32,000 nt of DNA from Candidatus Borrarchaeum weybense. Lineage in GTDB: Archaea; Asgardarchaeota; Sifarchaeia; Borrarchaeales; Borrarchaeaceae. Shown in pieces: positions 27,036-32,000 of the stretch. Position 1 is the stretch's first letter. Each line of letters starts with the position of its first letter. Location of the stretch: NCBI GenBank assembly GCA_019057385.1, contig JAHQJS010000004.1:776585-808584 (forward strand), written 5' to 3'. The position numbers and the translations under genes were made by a program. The notes below the pieces were generated by a model. That model ran no database searches, was not told where the DNA came from, and saw only the letters and a program-made list of their open reading frames with translations.

Positions 27036-28001
27036 TTGGCCTTTTTCATTATAATGAGTGAGCCAGTAATGCAGAACATAATATCAGACGCTATCAAACT
27101 GTTTCAGTTTCTGAAAAACTCACCATATACACCCTACATAGTCATTGCGCTGTGTTTTATGATATTAGTTATAATTCAGGTACGTAAAGTTAGAGATCGA
27201 AATCGCAGGAAAGAATTTCTTTTAATCGAGACTCATCAGCAGAATCTTCAGATAAAAGAATCTTCTAGTTATGCCTTAACTCTTGAAGGGAAAATAATAG
27301 ATCTTAACAAAATGACCGAAAGGGAAATGATTGAGATAAGATGGATTCTTTTCTTTCTACCGTTCTTCTTTCTTAGCACTCTGTTGGTTATTTTGTACTC
27401 TCCATTGTTTTGGCCAATTCCTTTCATAGGTCTAATAGGTGTTCTTGTTATAACAATCTTGGGAGCGATTCGCATGTCAAAATATGGTTTTACAAAAAGT
27501 TATCTCTCTGGACACGATTTACTTAACGAAATGCGATTAGATGAAAGGAATAAGAATCTAACTGTTTCACATACATTCTTTGCAAATCAAGTTGAATTGA
27601 ATAATTTCTTTGAATATGTGTCTTGTGAGAGTCGATTAACGTTAGATGACAGAGTAAGTTCTACATGGACTTTATATGTCGGCCTTAGGGCAATAAAAAC
27701 ATGCGATCATGCCCTTAATAGTGCCTTATTCATGGTAAATAAACAAAAATCAAAAATATCCTCAAAACTTCGGAGAGTTATTAACTCAGAGAACATCGAA
27801 AAAATATCCGACTTCTTCCTTGATGATGAGAAAAAGTCGTGGTTTTGCATCGAATCATGGGAGAATTATTTAATTGGAAAAATTCGATTTGCTATACACG
27901 AACCTCAACGTGTGACAGAAGAACGGACAAAAAGGCTAATTCAGGCTTTCGAACTTCTTGAAGAGTTTTCTATAAACTTCTTTCAGCATTTACAAAGTTA
28001 A
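27036..28001 (+). CDS. Membrane protein of unknown function with three apparent TM segments
   Basis: 321 aa ORF; N-terminal TM, then a paired TM segment, long soluble C-terminal region. Confidence 0.65.
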   Translation: MAFFIIMSEPVMQNIISDAIKLFQFLKNSPYTPYIVIALCFMILVIIQVRKVRDRNRRKEFLLIETHQQNLQIKESSSYALTLEGKIIDLNKMTEREMIEIRWILFFLPFFFLSTLLVILYSPLFWPIPFIGLIGVLVITILGAIRMSKYGFTKSYLSGHDLLNEMRLDERNKNLTVSHTFFANQVELNNFFEYVSCESRLTLDDRVSSTWTLYVGLRAIKTCDHALNSALFMVNKQKSKISSKLRRVINSENIEKISDFFLDDEKKSWFCIESWENYLIGKIRFAIHEPQRVTEERTKRLIQAFELLEEFSINFFQHLQS

Positions 28002-28045
28002 CTGAGCGATCTTTTTCGATCTAGATTATGTTTGTTTAATTTAGA

Positions 28046-29482
28046 TTATTTTGGCGTAATTAAATCGTGAGGTTGCATTTCTTGCATACCCGCTGGTGTT
28101 AATATTCCGAAATTAGCTTTCTGTTTAAGTTCATTAAGATCTCTCGCGCCAACATAACCTAATGCAGCTTTAAGTCCGCCAGCAAGTTCATTAATTACAT
28201 CACTTATTGTTCCTCGATATGGAACAAAGCCTTCTACACCTTCTGCGATATCTTTGCTTGGTTGAGAATATCTATCATATGAAAATCGCTTTTTCCTAGC
28301 TGCAATTGACCCCATTCCATAATACTGCTTGTAGTATTTTCCTTCTAACGCTATTAACCGTCCAGGAGATTCGCGACATCCTGCAAAAATGTTTCCCATC
28401 ATACAAGCTGAAGCGCCAGCAGCTAAAGCCACGGCGATATCACCACTGTTTTTTATTCCACCATCGGCACAGATCGGAATGCTGTTTCCTAATTCAGCAG
28501 TCGCCTTTGCAACTTGAAGTGTTGCATACAATGTTGGGGAACCAGCACGTGTTACCATGCTTGTTGAGCAAATACTTCCTGATCCAATCCCTACTCTAAG
28601 TCCTGCAACACCATCTAGCCTGCTGAGTACATCTACTGCTGCTGCATATGTTCCAATATTCCCAACTATTAAATCTGCACTTACATTGTTCAAGATTTCT
28701 TTGGCCCCTTTAAAGCAATTGACGTTATGAAAATGAGCTACATCGATTACCAAAATGTCAGCGTATTTATCAAGCACTTTAGCACGTTCTAAATCAAATG
28801 GACTTATAGCTGCTGCACATAGTAATCGCCCTTCTTCATCTCTTACTGCATGTGGATACTTACCTTTTAAGAGAATATCTTTGATTGTAATCAGTCCTTT
28901 CAACTTGCCAGTTGTAGAATCAACTATTGGCAATTTTTCAATTCGATGCTTATGGAGCAATGTTTTAGCGTCATCGAGGCTTACTTCTTCAGTTGCTGTG
29001 ATCACATCTTTAGTCATTACATCTTCAACTTTCAAATTGTCATCAGCAAATCGTATATCGCGCCATGTAACTATTCCTATTAAATTTTCGTTATCATTTA
29101 AAACTGGTAAACCATGGACATTATATTGATTCATTAATTCAGTGGCACTTTTCACAGATTCACTAGGTCTTATGGTGAAAACTTCTGAAATGATGAAGGA
29201 TTCTGCACGCTTGACTTTTCGTGTCATGTTTACTGCTTCTTCTTTTGTGCAGTTTCTATGTATAACTCCAAGTCCTCCAAGTCTAGCTAGTTCTATCGCC
29301 ATTTCTTCTTCAGTAACTGTATCCATTGGAGACGAAACAAAAGGCAAAACTAATTTGTGGTTTAAAGTGATTCTTGATGAAATATCAGGATCTTTGGGTT
29401 CAATTGAACTCCATCCTGGCAAAAGAATGACGTCATTAAATGTGATAAGCTTTTCCATATTGTTTTCTTTCCAAAATGACAT
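28046..29482 (-). CDS. guaB: Inosine-5'-monophosphate dehydrogenase with CBS pair
   Basis: LTFNDVILLPG-like start, LPFVSSPMDTVTE, two CBS repeats, GLRVGIGSGSICSTSMV, ADGGIKNSGDIAVALAAGASACMMGN, YYGMGS...DRYSQ. Confidence 0.93.
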   Translation of the reverse strand: MSFWKENNMEKLITFNDVILLPGWSSIEPKDPDISSRITLNHKLVLPFVSSPMDTVTEEEMAIELARLGGLGVIHRNCTKEEAVNMTRKVKRAESFIISEVFTIRPSESVKSATELMNQYNVHGLPVLNDNENLIGIVTWRDIRFADDNLKVEDVMTKDVITATEEVSLDDAKTLLHKHRIEKLPIVDSTTGKLKGLITIKDILLKGKYPHAVRDEEGRLLCAAAISPFDLERAKVLDKYADILVIDVAHFHNVNCFKGAKEILNNVSADLIVGNIGTYAAAVDVLSRLDGVAGLRVGIGSGSICSTSMVTRAGSPTLYATLQVAKATAELGNSIPICADGGIKNSGDIAVALAAGASACMMGNIFAGCRESPGRLIALEGKYYKQYYGMGSIAARKKRFSYDRYSQPSKDIAEGVEGFVPYRGTISDVINELAGGLKAALGYVGARDLNELKQKANFGILTPAGMQEMQPHDLITPK

Positions 29483-29545
29483 TTAGTGTCCCTCACCGAC
29501 CAGGTTAATTTGGCGTGAAAAGTTACTTTAAAACCTTACAATTAT

Positions 29546-31075
29546 TTATAAAACAACGGAATGGTTGATATTATTCCACGTTTTATGATAATTATTAATC
29601 TTTCTCTTGGAAAAGGAAAGACCAGCCCTAAGGTTATCAGGCTGTACGCTCGTCACCGAGTTCAAGACATATTCCATCAATATCGTTTTTTTCAATATTT
29701 CGATAGTCTTGAAGGATGTTATCCCGCTGTGCTCAAAAAGGTCATGGATCCTCGACCATGTACGGTAAGGACTGCCCTGTTTCACACGGGGCTCTAAATA
29801 ATCCCCGACGTGTGAGAGCACCCAATTGTAAACGGGTGGAATTGCTTCCTTGAATCCCAGCCCTCTTCGAGCTATTACATAACTTGCTAAGTGATGGACT
29901 GACAAATTATGTAATCCTGAATACTTGTATTTCCCAATGAGGGAAGTATATCCGGGAAATACCTTTTGAATTGATACACCACGCTTTTCACACTTTCGCT
30001 CCAATAATTGCAGCGCAGTAGTCTTTAAATTACTTATTTTTCGATTACGTTTCGTATTATATGAAAATTCTTGGTCGAATTGTAAGTCCTCAACCACGAT
30101 TCCTTTGCCTTTATTGATGCAATAATTAACGACTTTATCCATCTTATAGGAGATATAATCCTTACGTTTATCTTTTCTATAGGTGTGAAGGTTGCCAAAC
30201 GATATACTATGATAGGAAAGTAATTTACCGTTCTTGTCCACATTTGTTAGTGCTAGAAAGTTATAATTGAAATCTAAGCCGATAGCGCCATCTTTGTATC
30301 TGTAAAATGTCGTCGGGTTTGGGATATCAAAAGACACATGGACAAAGTAACGTATTTTTCCCTTAAAGATGTTCCGTTTCACTGTTATCGTGTATTTATC
30401 GGCATTAAAAACCTTCTGAAACCACTTTTCCTGTACAGAATTTACGGATATGGGAATGACCAACCATTTGCGTCCTTTTTGCTTAGAGAAAGTGCGTATC
30501 TTAACTGTTTTATTAGGTAAAACCTTAATGTTATGGTTTTGTATACCATTTTGTTTCTTTCCGATACAACCAAAGGAGGAATCCCTTCGTATCCTGAATT
30601 CTTCCCTGCTTATATTACTGCGTAATCTGTCTCTAAATAATTTCTTTGTCCCAAATACAATGGGTTCTAGTTGCAAATTATGTAGTTTAGCTATTATCGA
30701 GGATCTGCGGGCGAATAAGCCTTTTAATCGCCTATCATGCGTATCTTGTTCCTTTATTATGTTTATTTTCTTGTTAATGACTTCTAGCTGCTTGCTCATG
30801 TATTTCCGTCTTTTTTCAAGCCAAGTTTCTTGTGCTTCCAGTTTCGCCCTATTATTAATAATGATGGTATTGACATAGGGATTGTTTTGACAAATGGACA
30901 TTAAACACTGCTGGATGCTTTTATCCTCGCCAAAGCGTTTAGCAATATATTCCTCACCATAAAAAAGAAGGTTATAGCAGATTCGTTTCACACGATTATA
31001 GATTGTAAATATTTCATGTAGCGCATCTTCATGTAGTTTGTCAGGATAGATCTTGAATTTAATGGTTTGAATCAT
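29546..31075 (-). CDS. TnpB-related (IS200/IS605 OrfB-type, zinc-finger-less accessory branch) RuvC-like protein
   Basis: AIGLDFNYNFLALTNVDKNG (RuvC-I), KGIVVEDLQF (RuvC-II), FPGYTSLIGKYKY...SVHHLASYVIARRGLGF (region of RuvC-III); lacks the CxxC...CxxC insert. Confidence 0.88.
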   Translation of the reverse strand: MIQTIKFKIYPDKLHEDALHEIFTIYNRVKRICYNLLFYGEEYIAKRFGEDKSIQQCLMSICQNNPYVNTIIINNRAKLEAQETWLEKRRKYMSKQLEVINKKINIIKEQDTHDRRLKGLFARRSSIIAKLHNLQLEPIVFGTKKLFRDRLRSNISREEFRIRRDSSFGCIGKKQNGIQNHNIKVLPNKTVKIRTFSKQKGRKWLVIPISVNSVQEKWFQKVFNADKYTITVKRNIFKGKIRYFVHVSFDIPNPTTFYRYKDGAIGLDFNYNFLALTNVDKNGKLLSYHSISFGNLHTYRKDKRKDYISYKMDKVVNYCINKGKGIVVEDLQFDQEFSYNTKRNRKISNLKTTALQLLERKCEKRGVSIQKVFPGYTSLIGKYKYSGLHNLSVHHLASYVIARRGLGFKEAIPPVYNWVLSHVGDYLEPRVKQGSPYRTWSRIHDLFEHSGITSFKTIEILKKTILMEYVLNSVTSVQPDNLRAGLSFSKRKINNYHKTWNNINHSVVL

Positions 31076-31102
31076 TCTTTGTTTTCCCCTACCTCTCTTC
31101 TT

Positions 31103-31885
31103 CTAGTTCAAGTTTGTTTTTGATAACTGTTTCCTAATATCTTCAAAATACAGCTTTAATCTTTGAATTTCCTTACTTGGTAATGGATTATTATGTGCAA
31201 TAATATTTCTTGAAAGTTCAATCTCATCTAGCCTTGCTTTAATCCATCCTTGATTTGGAAAACGCTCTTTAAAGTCATCCCAGTTTTTAGTAATTATTGA
31301 ATGTAAATCACCAAAATCTGTGTAGGAAATCCTGTCTGAACCCCTCTGGCTATGCCATCTATTCTTTCCCTCTCTATTTAACCTTGTATTGACTTTTCTG
31401 TTTATTGATGAGGAAACTCGTTGCTCCCACCACTTCTCTCCATAGTTTGCTTTAAGTACATTCGTAATAAAATATCTAAGTGCATTTTCAAGCAAATACA
31501 ACATTGGATAGACGTCTGCCATTCGCTTTGCTTCGTTAGCCAAATTCTTGGGTATTAAAAAACCTTGGAGCAACTTTTCCCCAAATTTAATAGAGACTAT
31601 TGGCGCTGTTTTTCTTTTGGTTTGCTTCGCCTTTGTCAAGGGTGTAGTTGCAGCTTGCGTTTTTCTTAACGTTATTAATTCATCTATTTCTTCCTTCTTA
31701 AGATATTTAGAGACATCTATTTTCATTTGTGCAGCTAGAAGATTAGCAGCTGTCTTATTTGAGATCGTGTAATCATGTTCTTTCCTCTTTTCTTGTATTA
31801 TTTTGTAAATGCGGCTTTTGCTCTTTCCAGTTTTTTTTAAAAGAGCATTAAACACGTCTTTATTAATTCTAGTCAGTAAATTCAC
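31103..31885 (-). CDS. Swt1-like HEPN domain protein
   Basis: MLYLLENALRYFITNVLKANYGEKWWEQRV...FGDLHSIITKNWDDFKERF...KARLDEIELSRNIIAHNNPL; RNIIAH fits the HEPN Rx4H motif; GTG start. Confidence 0.85.
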   Translation of the reverse strand: MNLLTRINKDVFNALLKKTGKSKSRIYKIIQEKRKEHDYTISNKTAANLLAAQMKIDVSKYLKKEEIDELITLRKTQAATTPLTKAKQTKRKTAPIVSIKFGEKLLQGFLIPKNLANEAKRMADVYPMLYLLENALRYFITNVLKANYGEKWWEQRVSSSINRKVNTRLNREGKNRWHSQRGSDRISYTDFGDLHSIITKNWDDFKERFPNQGWIKARLDEIELSRNIIAHNNPLPSKEIQRLKLYFEDIRKQLSKTNLN

Positions 31886-32000
31886 CTGGGTTAGTTTCTT
31901 CTTTCAACTTTTTTGACTCTTCTTTTCTAATCTTGTGTAACGTGACATTGACATAGTTCTGAGTCTTTCCAAGTATTCGTGCAATATCGCTTGGTTTGAT
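31869..32000 (-). CDS. C-terminal part of a helix-turn-helix protein (continues right of window)
   Basis: Minus strand reads IKPSDIARILGKTQNYVNVTLHKIRKEESKKLKEETNPGEFTD*, an HTH-like segment whose stop overlaps the start of the HEPN gene by 17 nt. Confidence 0.65.
   Translation of the reverse strand: MKPSDIARILGKTQNYVNVTLHKIRKEESKKLKEETNPGEFTD

Noticed and set aside
1-32000. CRISPR array
   Set aside because: No regularly spaced identical repeats of 24-40 bp were seen; the only exact long direct repeat is the two-copy alba start.
1-32000. tRNA or rRNA genes
   Set aside because: No convincing T-arm GTTCRANYC/acceptor pairing or rRNA cores noticed by eye; a tRNAscan run would be needed to exclude them firmly.

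Overview
AT-rich archaeal chromosomal window with about 28 supportable CDS. Archaeal markers are alba, rfcL, an RpoH/Rpb5 homologue and the F420-biosynthesis genes cofC and cofD. Most genes are housekeeping or metabolic: subtilisin-like protease, radical SAM enzyme, NapH-like Fe-S membrane protein, alkaline-phosphatase-superfamily protein, polysaccharide deacetylase, nifR3-like TIM barrel, V4R protein, isocitrate/isopropylmalate dehydrogenase-like protein, M24 peptidase, P-type ATPase, GT39-like glycosyltransferase, sugar nucleotidyltransferase and IMP dehydrogenase. Strongest second-look items: (1) an RpoH/Rpb5 homologue (~183 aa) that keeps a eukaryote-like N-terminal 'jaw'-type domain in front of the usual short archaeal RpoH domain, away from other RNA polymerase genes; (2) a tightly packed minus-strand cassette at the right edge: HTH protein fragment, Swt1-like HEPN protein, and a 509-aa TnpB-related protein lacking the canonical zinc finger and apparently the third RuvC Asp, plus a ~55-bp copy of its 3' end at ~13.1 kb that supplies the last codons of another gene; (3) a ~390-nt hairpin-rich, relatively GC-rich non-coding region at 7.41-7.80 kb, possibly an orphan transposon-associated structured RNA; (4) a P-type ATPase with remodelled M4/M6 ion-site motifs; (5) ATCGCGC/GCGCGAT direct repeats interleaved with TATA-like boxes at ~26.8 kb; (6) two genes (cofD, radical SAM) whose conserved N-termini imply non-AUG (ATT) starts. 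All calls are from inspection only; no database search or folding was run.
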